Source: an uncultured Thermococci archaeon (GTDB lineage: Archaea; Methanobacteriota_B; Thermococci; Thermococcales; CAYNOZ01). Taken from it: a stretch of DNA of 44,046 bases. Position numbers and translations under genes: made by a program. The stretch covers positions 1,814 through 45,859 of the forward strand of contig CAYNOZ010000002.1 in NCBI GenBank assembly GCA_964398955.1, written 5' to 3'. Every line of letters begins with the position of its first letter. Within the stretch, counting starts at the first letter, position 1. Below the pieces are notes generated by a model. It worked only from the letters and a program-made list of their open reading frames with translations. It did no database searches and had not been told where the DNA came from. Shown here one piece after another: positions 35,811 through 44,046 of the stretch.

Positions 35811-36785
35811 TCAATTTTTTTCTTCAATTTTATCCAATATTCTATCTAATACATGATCTATATCAGTTCCAGAAACCTGAATACCCGCAGCTCTACGATG
35901 ACCACCACCACTAGCTTCAAAACCATTCTCAGTCAAATCATTAGAAACATCTTCCAATAATTTACTTAAATTTATATTAGCATTTAACCTGGATCTAGTA
36001 CTAAAAACTACCTTTCCATCCTTTTCAGATCCTACTATAGCAATATCGGCTCCCATGGAAATCAGATAGTTACATAGAAGAGACTGATGTGCTCCAACTT
36101 TTGAAGTAACCACTAATTTGTTTTTGAATTCTAGAATATTAATCCTCTTAGATCCCTTTAATAATGCCATTTTCTGAGATTTAGTTTTATCAGAACCTTC
36201 TAATGCTTGATAAATAGTTTCTAATTCAATTTCAGATTTACTTAAAATTTTATAAACTGTAGAAAAGGTTTGAGTATTTGCATATCTAAACTTGGACGTA
36301 TCACCAACTATACCTACTAATAAAGCTCTATAGATTTTATTTAAATACTTAGATTTTTCAGAACTTAAATCGAATTCCTCAATTAGTTTAAAAATTAATT
36401 CAGAAGTTGAAGTAGAATCAGGATCAATAATACTAATATCTGTTGGATTTTGAACTTCGTGATGATCTATAAAAACAATTTTTCCTAAATCCTCAAATTC
36501 AAACCTATCCTCATTAGGAGTGTCCAAAATAATTGTTATATCGGGAGAATATAATGGTTTGGAACTAATTTTAGGATCTCCTATAAAATCAGCAATACTA
36601 TAAATATCTGAGTTCTTCCCAATTCCTCCTGGAACGCATATATCATTTTCTATATTTATTAAATCTAGAAATAGAGATAATCCAATACTACTTCCAATAG
36701 AATCTGGATCTGGAGAAGGATGTGATAATAATAAGAATTTCTTTTTAGAATTCTTATTTAAAAAGTTTTTAAATTTATCATACAT
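35811..36785 (-). CDS. DHH/DHHA1 phosphoesterase (NrnA-like)
   Basis: HPSPDPDSIGS, FIDHHE and GGGHRRAAG. Confidence 0.85.
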   Translation of the reverse strand: MYDKFKNFLNKNSKKKFLLLSHPSPDPDSIGSSIGLSLFLDLINIENDICVPGGIGKNSDIYSIADFIGDPKISSKPLYSPDITIILDTPNEDRFEFEDLGKIVFIDHHEVQNPTDISIIDPDSTSTSELIFKLIEEFDLSSEKSKYLNKIYRALLVGIVGDTSKFRYANTQTFSTVYKILSKSEIELETIYQALEGSDKTKSQKMALLKGSKRINILEFKNKLVVTSKVGAHQSLLCNYLISMGADIAIVGSEKDGKVVFSTRSRLNANINLSKLLEDVSNDLTENGFEASGGGHRRAAGIQVSGTDIDHVLDRILDKIEEKN

Positions 36786-36816
36786 ATTTTCAAATAAAAA
36801 ATTAAAGAGGTAGGGA

Positions 36817-37173
36817 TTAACCGGCTTGTCCGCCGCCCATACCTTGCAGTTTGCCCTGTATTTCTTCCTGTAATTTTTCTAATCTTTCCTTTAACTGTTT
36901 TTCCTTCTTTTTGTGCCTGTCTAATTTAACTTCTAATGTATCTAATCTGTCCTCTATTTCTTTCATTGCTTTTTCTTTATTTGACTTCATAAAGAATGAT
37001 CCAACTGATTTGTATACTTCTTCGTCATCTAAATTATTGATTTCCTTCTTAGCTACTTTCATTTCTTCTAATTCGTTTTCGAACTGGTTTTTTGCTTGTA
37101 CTATTTGTTCAAGTTGGTTTCTATAATTTTCGATTTGTTGAATTTTTTGTCTAGTTTGTTCTGGAACTTGCAT
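36817..37173 (-). CDS. pfdB: Prefoldin subunit beta
   Basis: 118-aa coiled coil-hairpin-coiled coil protein (VYKSVGSFFMK in the beta hairpin), at the conserved superoperon position. Confidence 0.85.
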   Translation of the reverse strand: MQVPEQTRQKIQQIENYRNQLEQIVQAKNQFENELEEMKVAKKEINNLDDEEVYKSVGSFFMKSNKEKAMKEIEDRLDTLEVKLDRHKKKEKQLKERLEKLQEEIQGKLQGMGGGQAG

Positions 37174-37198
37174 AATAATACCTCCTATAATTTTATAT

Positions 37199-37435
37199 TC
37201 ATTTTATCAATTTTCTTGAAGTCGAGATCCATCGCAGGTAAGACGATACCGTTCCTCTTAGTGCGGATAGATCTTCAGCTTCTATGACCAGTTTCAGTTT
37301 ACTTCCTTCCCTATTAAATGTTACCTTGCTTCTTTCATAAGGAACTGTTTCATGATCTGGTAGGACTCCGTCAAAAATAGACTTCGAAACATTCTCATCC
37401 ATCAAATCAAGTTCGATATTTACTGAGTAATCCAT
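37199..37435 (-). CDS. KEOPS complex subunit Pcc1
   Basis: 78 aa. LVIEAEDLSALRGTVSSYLRWIS matches the Pcc1/CTAG signature as I recall it, and the synteny fits. Confidence 0.75.
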   Translation of the reverse strand: MDYSVNIELDLMDENVSKSIFDGVLPDHETVPYERSKVTFNREGSKLKLVIEAEDLSALRGTVSSYLRWISTSRKLIK

Positions 37436-37447
37436 TTTGACACTCTT

Positions 37448-37921
37448 CTACAAGTCTTCCCATTCTTCAACATTTAATATTGAAGCTAATTCTCTATCAA
37501 TAAAAATTCTAATTTCAGGATCTCTAACTGTCATGTAATTTCCTTCTCTGACTTCTTCTTCAAGTGTTTTTAGCCCTAAGTATTTGGAAATACTTTTTTC
37601 TAAGTCAGTTTGATTAGACTCAACTATTTTTAGATCTGGATTTAGTTCATTCACTTCATTCACTAATTTAATTGATTTTAATCGAATTCTACCACTAGTT
37701 TGATATCGTCCTGGTGGGTTTACAGTGTATATAACCAAATCTGATGGTTCAACTACTTTTATAAATCCTTTGAATCCGTTATGATAGGTCATTTCAGAGA
37801 GATCCTTCAAAGATTTTCTTCCTCTTCTAACAAATTGAGAAAAAGGGAAAGTTGATTCTAACTTTAAGCTTAGTTCCTTAAGATCTGGATCAGAATTCCT
37901 ACTGGTCGTTATGAGAAACAT
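37448..37921 (-). CDS. Brix-domain (Imp4-like) ribosome biogenesis protein
   Basis: MFLITTSRN N-terminus, about 157 aa, and synteny. Confidence 0.8.
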   Translation of the reverse strand: MFLITTSRNSDPDLKELSLKLESTFPFSQFVRRGRKSLKDLSEMTYHNGFKGFIKVVEPSDLVIYTVNPPGRYQTSGRIRLKSIKLVNEVNELNPDLKIVESNQTDLEKSISKYLGLKTLEEEVREGNYMTVRDPEIRIFIDRELASILNVEEWEDL

Positions 37922-37922
37922 T

Positions 37923-38093
37923 TTATTCTGCCTTTACTTTTTTACCTACATTAGGTCGTATCTTGTATACTACTTTACCCTTGCAATTAGGGCAGGATAT
38001 ACCTCTTACTTCAGGGTCAGGGACGAATTCTTCTCCACATTCGTAACAGATGTACTTTACTCCTTCTTTATCGTTTTCTTGTTCTTCAGCCAT
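37923..38093 (-). CDS. rpo12: DNA-directed RNA polymerase subunit Rpo12 (RpoP)
   Basis: Absent from the ORF track because it is under 60 aa. My translation: MAEEQENDKEGVKYICYECGEEFVPDPEVRGISCPNCKGKVVYKIRPNVGKKVKAE. This is the CxxC...CxxC Zn ribbon with the YKxR tail typical of RpoP. Confidence 0.8.
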   Translation of the reverse strand: MAEEQENDKEGVKYICYECGEEFVPDPEVRGISCPNCKGKVVYKIRPNVGKKVKAE

Positions 38094-38118
38094 TTTTTCA
38101 CCTATATTAATGATTTCT

Positions 38119-38952
38119 TCAGACTCTTTTTTCAGGTTCCTCTTCCACTCCTTTCTCTATGGATCTTACTACCTCATCTACGTACTGATCCCCTTCTTTT
38201 GCTGCTTTAAGTACATCACTAACCATTAAAGTTCCGGATCCTCCTTTTTGAATTGAGTTTATATTTCCTTCATCGTTGTAGGAAATTGTAATTCGGGATT
38301 CCATTGCTCTGTCTTCATCTAAGTTAGGGTCTAGTATTAGTTCATCATCGATCTTTGCAAAGGTTACGGGTATTGGTGAATCGGTTATTGGAAGATTTAC
38401 TTCTTTATCTAATTCAACTTGTTCTCCAGTTTCTTCATTGTAATCTATTTTCTGGTAAGTAGTATTTTTCAGTGCTGCTAGTACGGCAAATCCTATAGCA
38501 TCTAATAGATTTCCGTTATAGTCTAAAACGTGTACATCTGCGTGTACGATTCTTACTAGTTCTCCTTCTTTGATTACTAATGATTCAAGATCTATAGTTT
38601 CTGATTCTCTTATACCTCTATCAACGACCCTCGCAAGTTCTACAGCATCTTCTCTTGGGGGTCCGGATTCAAACTCGGGAGAAGCCATTGGCAATAATTC
38701 TACATTAGTTGTGAATACTCCTTTATTTGGAGTGTCTGGAAATGGGGTGCCTGTTTCAACTTTTATACCTGCTAAAACTTTGGTATCCCCTAATTCAACT
38801 CTTGCTGATCCTTCAGCCTTGTCAATTACATCAGTTTCTACTTTTATGTTTCTTCTTTCATTAAGTTCTCTGTCATCGGATCTTTCACCTTCCTCAACGA
38901 GGTCTCTAACATAATCTTCCATTATTGTGGATACTACTTCATCATCACTCAT
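38119..38952 (-). CDS. rrp42: Exosome complex component Rrp42
   Basis: RNase PH-like fold ([17 protein letters not shown]). The start at 38952 (MSDDEV) overlaps the Rrp41 stop by 8 nt. A longer frame extends to 39009. Confidence 0.88.
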   Translation of the reverse strand: MSDDEVVSTIMEDYVRDLVEEGERSDDRELNERRNIKVETDVIDKAEGSARVELGDTKVLAGIKVETGTPFPDTPNKGVFTTNVELLPMASPEFESGPPREDAVELARVVDRGIRESETIDLESLVIKEGELVRIVHADVHVLDYNGNLLDAIGFAVLAALKNTTYQKIDYNEETGEQVELDKEVNLPITDSPIPVTFAKIDDELILDPNLDEDRAMESRITISYNDEGNINSIQKGGSGTLMVSDVLKAAKEGDQYVDEVVRSIEKGVEEEPEKRV

Positions 38953-39673
38953 CTTTCTCACTCTCCTGATCTTCGTATTTAGATCTAATTGCCTCTTTCT
39001 GAATTTCATAAATTTCTCTTATCGCGTTGGTTCCTATTTTCATTAATTCTTCCAATTCATTTTTTGTAATTTCTCCGTCCATCTGCAATAAACTTATTTC
39101 GTTATTTCTTGGAAGCATAGCTATTGGAATGTCTGCTTGTCCTTCTTTATCCTCTTCTTCATTAAGATCAACCACTAATTCTCCATCTACTTTACCAACG
39201 GCACAAGCTGTGACTAGATCTCTCATTGGAATACCTGCATCTGCTAGAGCTACTGAAGCAGCGGTAATTCCAGCTACTCTTGTACCAGCAGCAGCTTCTA
39301 ATATTTCTACGGATATGTCAATACCTGTTCTTGGAAATTCTTGAAGCATTACTGCAGGTTCTAGAGCCCATCTAGTCACCATAGAAATTTCCATAGACCT
39401 TCTATCCGGTCCAGGACTTTTTCTACCTCCTACAGAGAAAGGAGCCATATTATACCTAGGTCTAAGAATTGCTTTATCAGATTTTTGTAAATGACTTGGA
39501 TGAACTTCCCTGGGTCCATAAATCGCGGCAATTACTTTATTTCCGCCCCATTCAAGCTGAGCAGATCCATCAGCTCTTTTAAGGATCCCAGGTTCAATAT
39601 TTAGTTCTCGCAATTCATGAAGTTCTCTTCCATCTAATCTTTTTCCATTTTCTAATAATTCATTTTCTGACAT
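38945..39673 (-). CDS. rrp41: Exosome complex exonuclease Rrp41
   Basis: [24 protein letters not shown], and the active-site region TACAVG..DL. Confidence 0.92.
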   Translation of the reverse strand: MSENELLENGKRLDGRELHELRELNIEPGILKRADGSAQLEWGGNKVIAAIYGPREVHPSHLQKSDKAILRPRYNMAPFSVGGRKSPGPDRRSMEISMVTRWALEPAVMLQEFPRTGIDISVEILEAAAGTRVAGITAASVALADAGIPMRDLVTACAVGKVDGELVVDLNEEEDKEGQADIPIAMLPRNNEISLLQMDGEITKNELEELMKIGTNAIREIYEIQKEAIRSKYEDQESEKDE

Positions 39674-39698
39674 TTAATCACTCCTACTAATATTTGAT

Positions 39699-40394
39699 TC
39701 ACATACACTCTTTTTCTTCATCTATCATCTTTTTTATTTTCTCAGTTAGCCCAGAAACATGGGATTTATTCTCAACCATTTCTACCGCTTTTCTAGCCAA
39801 TTTCTCATAATCGGGATCATTACCTTTAATCCAGACCCATCCATTTTGTCCAACTATGATTTTGCAATTAGTTTCCTTTTTTATCATATCAATCATTGAA
39901 CCTTTTTTTCCTATGAGTCTTGGAACCTTAACTGATGATATAGTTGTTAGTAATCCACCTTGTAAAGATTTACCACTATGAGGAACTCCTTTAGTTGTTA
40001 AAATTGTTTTTCCTACTTCATTTACTTTGCTTACCTTTACATATATGACATCACCGACATCAAAGACCTCCTCTAGATTTTTTTCTCTAGAATTGCCTTC
40101 TATTACATCTCCTCCTCGTAATAATCCTTTGTAAGGTGATCCCATATCAATTTCCCAGTGGGATCTATGAACATCAGAAACAATTCCTATTGGAGTGTCT
40201 CCTTCTTTTGGAATATATTTACCTTCTAATGGTATCACTCCAATATAATTATTTTTAACTGAGCTTAACCCTAATCTAGAAGCGTAAATCTTATCTCCTT
40301 TTTTATATACGGCGTCTCCAGTCTTAAAGCTACCTTGAGCCATTAAAGTACCAGGAACTACTATCTTTCTTTTCTCAATAAATTTTTCTCCCAT
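39699..40394 (-). CDS. rrp4: Exosome RNA-binding subunit Rrp4 (S1 + KH)
   Basis: S1 domain followed by a KH motif (LIGKKGSMIDMI). Confidence 0.9.
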   Translation of the reverse strand: MGEKFIEKRKIVVPGTLMAQGSFKTGDAVYKKGDKIYASRLGLSSVKNNYIGVIPLEGKYIPKEGDTPIGIVSDVHRSHWEIDMGSPYKGLLRGGDVIEGNSREKNLEEVFDVGDVIYVKVSKVNEVGKTILTTKGVPHSGKSLQGGLLTTISSVKVPRLIGKKGSMIDMIKKETNCKIIVGQNGWVWIKGNDPDYEKLARKAVEMVENKSHVSGLTEKIKKMIDEEKECM

Positions 40395-40415
40395 AATATC
40401 ACATCTTATTAATTC

Positions 40416-41111
40416 TCACTGATCCTCTACTATCTTAGTTTCAACATTACCTTCAGTTAATTTATTCAATTTTTCATAAAATTTTTCTTCCATTCCACCT
40501 GGGATTTCCATTTTAAAAATCCAAGAACCATCTTGACCCCATTCTTCTTCCAATAGATCTCCAAAATCCCTAATTTCCGACTGAGCCTTACCACTATATT
40601 CCGGAGGTACTTTGACAGCTATAGTTTTCGTCTGAAAGCTTAACGGTATTTTAGGTCTTAACTTTTTAACAACTTCATCTAAATGGTCTTCAGCACTTTT
40701 AAAGGGATCAATATTAAAATGAATATCATCCATTACATTAAGAATTCTTTTAGGTGGATGAGGGTTTCCAGATCTTGGATTTATAGCTCTTCTAGAAATT
40801 AAATTTGCAATTTCCTTTCTTCTTTGTTCCCGCATTTTTCTCTTCTGTTCAGTTGTAAGTTGTATTTTTCCTTCCTTTATAATTTTTTCAGCTACATCAA
40901 AATGATCATCAGTTCCAAAAAGCTCTTTCATCCTTTCTTTAGATGCTTTCTTCCCTGCATCTGCATCCTTGAAGACATAGTAAGTTGCTAAAACACTTCT
41001 TATATCTTCGTCATCTGTGTAATCTCTGGCCTTTTCTGGGTCAACTAAGATTTCAAAGTGAGATCCTTCTTTATCTATCCAGGCCTTAACGGCGTCATCA
41101 ATGGAAACCAT
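40416..41111 (-). CDS. SBDS-family ribosome maturation protein (Sdo1)
   Basis: FEILVDPEKA N-terminal FYSH-domain pattern, plus synteny. The ATG at 41111 (MVSIDDAV) is preferred over 41153. Confidence 0.85.
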   Translation of the reverse strand: MVSIDDAVKAWIDKEGSHFEILVDPEKARDYTDDEDIRSVLATYYVFKDADAGKKASKERMKELFGTDDHFDVAEKIIKEGKIQLTTEQKRKMREQRRKEIANLISRRAINPRSGNPHPPKRILNVMDDIHFNIDPFKSAEDHLDEVVKKLRPKIPLSFQTKTIAVKVPPEYSGKAQSEIRDFGDLLEEEWGQDGSWIFKMEIPGGMEEKFYEKLNKLTEGNVETKIVEDQ

Positions 41112-41139
41112 GGTATCCCAAAATAGAAAATTAAAAAGA

Positions 41140-41862
41140 TTATTCAGAATCAAGACTCTCTATGTGGTCTTGAAGCTTTTCCGGAGTTAACCTTTCAAAT
41201 AACTTAGTCTCTAGAGGTATTTTTGCTACCTCAACATTTTTTGAGGTAATTTCCTCATTCATTACTTTTCTTAAAGCTTTTAATGCTAGGTCTATGCTAT
41301 CGCTAAGCCCTTCTACTGAATCGTAATTTTCTTCAAGAACATTATTAGCTTTATCTTTTCCTGAACCTATTGCAGCAGCTTTCCACTTATAATATGCTCC
41401 ACTAGGATCTGTTTTGTATAGATGAGGTTCGTCATTTATCCCTCCGATCAAGAGTGAAACTCCGAATGGTCTTACTCCTCCATACTGAGTAAATTGCTGT
41501 TTATGATCTGCTACCCTTTTCACTAATATTGGGGTATGCATTGCTTCTCCATATGTGACTCGGTGAGATTGTGCTGATTCTCTTGCTTCATCTATGAGAG
41601 CTCTAGAATCTGCTACCATTCCAGATGAAGCAGCCGCAATATGTTCATCTATTTGGTATATTTTTTCGTAGCTTTCTGGTTCTACTAGTTCACTTTCTGT
41701 TCTTCTTTCTACTGCTAACACTACTCCTTCTTTAGATTTAACTCCTACAGCCGATGAACCTTTCTTCACGGCTTCACGAGCATATTGAACTTGATATAAT
41801 TTTCCTTCAGGACTGAATACTGTTATAGCCCTATCATATTGTGATTGTTGTGAAGACATCAT
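41140..41862 (-). CDS. psmA: Proteasome subunit alpha
   Basis: YDRAITVFSPEGKLYQVQYA alpha-subunit signature. Confidence 0.95.
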   Translation of the reverse strand: MMSSQQSQYDRAITVFSPEGKLYQVQYAREAVKKGSSAVGVKSKEGVVLAVERRTESELVEPESYEKIYQIDEHIAAASSGMVADSRALIDEARESAQSHRVTYGEAMHTPILVKRVADHKQQFTQYGGVRPFGVSLLIGGINDEPHLYKTDPSGAYYKWKAAAIGSGKDKANNVLEENYDSVEGLSDSIDLALKALRKVMNEEITSKNVEVAKIPLETKLFERLTPEKLQDHIESLDSE

Positions 41863-41911
41863 ATATTATTCCTCCTTAATTTTTGTTCTTATTCATTATT
41901 ACTATATGTTT

Positions 41912-42229
41912 TTAATTAAAATATTTATCTTTCAAATTTCGTATTATTCCTGAAGACTTTAGGGATTTAAAAATAACTCTTTCCCCATTTAAGTCTTTTA
42001 TTGAAGCTAAAACAAACCTTAATTCTTCTAGATAATCATTTGATACCTTGAATATTCCTATTGACTTCTCTTCATCGTAATCAATAAGCCAAAACTTCGA
42101 CTTCGCCGTATTTAATTCCCCTAAAATCTCCAACGATTGATCCCAAATTTCCCTAATAACATTCTTCTTATTAAAGTTTTCGTCAGATATTATCTCAAAA
42201 GCCAAATATCTTTTCTTTTCCTTTTTCAT
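41912..42229 (-). CDS. RNase P protein component 2 (Pop5/Rnp2)
   Basis: RYLAFEI N-terminus, about 105 aa, at the superoperon position. Confidence 0.75.
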   Translation of the reverse strand: MKKEKKRYLAFEIISDENFNKKNVIREIWDQSLEILGELNTAKSKFWLIDYDEEKSIGIFKVSNDYLEELRFVLASIKDLNGERVIFKSLKSSGIIRNLKDKYFN

Positions 42230-42273
42230 CCTTTTCTCCTAAGATTATGAAGATTATTTCAGCGTAAAATCAA

Positions 42274-42918
42274 TTACTCTAAAATGTTTAAAGGTTTAGA
42301 TGTTAAGGCACTTTTTGCTTCCATCAGAGTCATGCCTAAAACGTATCCAAAAGACATTAATTCCCTCGGAGATCTTAAATTCCAATAAGAATTCGCACCA
42401 GATGTAATCACTATTGAAACTCCGCACTCTTTAAGTTTATTGACTTCATCACTCATTCTCCGGATGATTTGAGACCTAATATAACCCTCTTGTTCTATAA
42501 TAGGTTTAAAAGGAATCAAAACAGGAATATTGGTTTGAGATAATAAGCTAACCATTCCCTCAGATATAACCGAATCTCGATTCTCAAAAGACAAATAAAG
42601 CCCATCAATCAGCTCTTCATTTATTAAAGGTTTAGCCAAATCCTCTCTATCCGATTGTAATAAAATAAAATCTCTGGTATCTTTTAAACCACGTATAAAC
42701 TTTTTTTGATTTGAAATAGGCTCATGATCACCTATCACCTTAATCCCTTTGAACACTTCTATATCAGAACTAAACTTGCCTAAAACCGAATCCTCTAATT
42801 CTTTTCCTGTTCTCACTGTTTTTAAATGCCCTACTATAGAGTAATCGAAATCCTCTAATCTATCTAAACTTCTTTCATTTAGAAATTCTAAGCCTAAATC
42901 GACAAATTCTCTTCTCAT
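42274..42918 (-). CDS. RNase P protein component 3 (Rpp30/Rnp3)
   Basis: 214-aa protein with a TIM-barrel-like pattern, adjacent to Pop5 in the conserved order. The sequence motifs are weak, so the call rests mainly on synteny. Confidence 0.65.
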   Translation of the reverse strand: MRREFVDLGLEFLNERSLDRLEDFDYSIVGHLKTVRTGKELEDSVLGKFSSDIEVFKGIKVIGDHEPISNQKKFIRGLKDTRDFILLQSDREDLAKPLINEELIDGLYLSFENRDSVISEGMVSLLSQTNIPVLIPFKPIIEQEGYIRSQIIRRMSDEVNKLKECGVSIVITSGANSYWNLRSPRELMSFGYVLGMTLMEAKSALTSKPLNILE

Positions 42919-42931
42919 CTTCTATCGCCGA

Positions 42932-43474
42932 TCACCTAACTTTCTCCGCACCTTTGCCTTTCTTATTCAGGCCTCTAGCTTTCTTACCTGCACTTGTTTT
43001 TCCTTTGTAAACTCTACCTGATTGGCTTTCATCGCAAATCCAATTTATATCTTCATCACTCTTAATCTGAGGATGATGAGGATCAACTAATATCACTTCA
43101 AACCATTTTCTCTTACCATCCCTAGCTACCCAATAAGAATTCAATACTTCAAGATTTGGGAACTTCCGATTAGTTCTTTCTTCTGCTATCCATCTAAGAT
43201 TCTTACCTGGATTAATCCTATTAACACCCATTCTCTTAGGTCTTCGACCCTTCTTAGGTCTGGATTTCCTTAAAGAACCAGATCTTACCTTTGTTCTAAC
43301 TACAACAAAACCTTGTTTAGCTTTATACCCTAAAGATCTAGCTCTATCTAATCTTGTAGGTCTTTCTATTCTATGAACAGTGGATTGCTTTCTCCACTTC
43401 TTTAAACGTTCCATTCTTAATTCATCTGACATTCCATCTTTCCAAGCTTCTCTTATATGCTGATACATTCCCAT
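42932..43474 (-). CDS. rpl15e: Large-subunit ribosomal protein L15e
   Basis: [13 protein letters not shown]-terminus and a highly basic sequence. The frame is open to 43510, but the family N-terminus fits the ATG at 43474. Confidence 0.92.
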   Translation of the reverse strand: MGMYQHIREAWKDGMSDELRMERLKKWRKQSTVHRIERPTRLDRARSLGYKAKQGFVVVRTKVRSGSLRKSRPKKGRRPKRMGVNRINPGKNLRWIAEERTNRKFPNLEVLNSYWVARDGKRKWFEVILVDPHHPQIKSDEDINWICDESQSGRVYKGKTSAGKKARGLNKKGKGAEKVR

Positions 43475-43959
43475 TGTAAACACCTCAGTTTTTGGTTCGG
43501 CTCTCGCCACATACCGCGGATCCCTCCGCCTCTAACAAACTAAAAAACATTCAAAGCCATTATAAAGGAATCTTGTTGAAAAAATCCAAGAAACCTAACA
43601 CATATCAATGACTACATAACTTTCACAAAACTTCTCTTTTATATCTTATCTTCATAGTATAGTAAAACCCCCTCCTTAAAGAAGATTTACCCAAAACTTA
43701 AGTCATTCCAAAATCTGTTATAAATGAAAAACTCAAACCAAGTTTCTAACTACTCAACTCTTCAAATCTAAACCAATAGTATCGAGGTCCTAAGAACTCG
43801 AAGAACCAATCACCATAATGCTAAGAAATAATTGTCATACAGAAATCCTATAACCCTTAGAGAATACTAAAAAATTCAATAGCTTAACAAAAGTTTTAAG
43901 AATAGTAATAACATTTAAAATAATCTATAAATACCTTACTCTAAAAAATCTTACCAATG

Positions 43960-44046
43960 GGTGACTTCCTCCCCTTATCTTACTCACGTTCGTTCGTGAG
44001 GAAAATTTAGGGGCTTCCAGAGCAACTTCCCTTCAAGTTACCATCG
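43960..44046. other. GC-rich structured segment truncated by the window edge
   Basis: Hairpin CTCACG-TTCGTT-CGTGAG flanked by CCCC/GGGG. The composition shifts abruptly from the A/C-rich spacer at 43510-43960. Confidence 0.25.

Noticed and set aside
1-44046. CRISPR arrays, IS elements with transposase, prophage structural genes, rRNA genes
   Set aside because: No regularly spaced direct repeats, no transposase-like ORF, no capsid or terminase-like ORFs, and no rRNA signatures were seen anywhere in the window.

Overview
AT-rich (roughly one-third GC by eye) archaeal chromosomal segment, mostly housekeeping genes. The content is clearly archaeal: proteasome alpha and beta subunits, GGGP synthase, TFE, RNase P protein subunits, C/D-box sRNA, and FlaH/I/J-type motor genes.

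Layout:
- 1-4.1 kb: tRNA-Pro, DUF92 membrane protein, MBL hydrolase, PRPP synthetase, proteasome beta, tRNA-Glu and tRNA-Thr.
- 4.1-8.0 kb: a small accessory island. It holds a GC-rich hyper-acidic ORF, a PIN/UPF0175-like toxin-antitoxin pair, a 399-aa unknown protein with weak TGT-like motifs, and a truncated tyrosine recombinase.
- 8.46-9.34 kb: a GC-rich, ORF-free block with many helices. I read it as one or more structured ncRNAs but cannot assign a family.
- 9.4-20.6 kb: a type IV pilus or archaellum-like locus. It contains a pilin-like protein with a class III signal peptide, a prepilin peptidase, a MinD-like ATPase, FlaJ, FlaI, a FlaH/KaiC-like protein and a CheY-like receiver, but no archaellin.
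- 20.7-35.8 kb: regulators and metabolism. These include PatB/MalY-type lyase, TrkA, archaeal PPAT, TrpRS, a squalene/phytoene synthase family protein, MoeA, AMMECR1, Mut7-C, NMNAT, DUF62, Trm56, TFE and GGGPS. This stretch also has a second structured-RNA candidate (RNase P-like), a C/D-box sRNA and a second tRNA-Pro.
- 35.8-43.5 kb: the conserved archaeal exosome/proteasome superoperon. Gene order is DHH, prefoldin beta, Pcc1, Brix, Rpo12, Rrp42, Rrp41, Rrp4, SBDS, PsmA, Pop5, Rpp30, L15e.

Most notable observations:
- The unassigned structured-RNA block lies next to the integrase remnant.
- A repeated leader+hairpin module shows compensatory base changes between copies.
- A kb-scale mosaic of extreme amino/keto (A+C versus G+T) strand skew ignores gene boundaries and orientation.

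All functional calls rest on motif recognition by eye. No database search was run.
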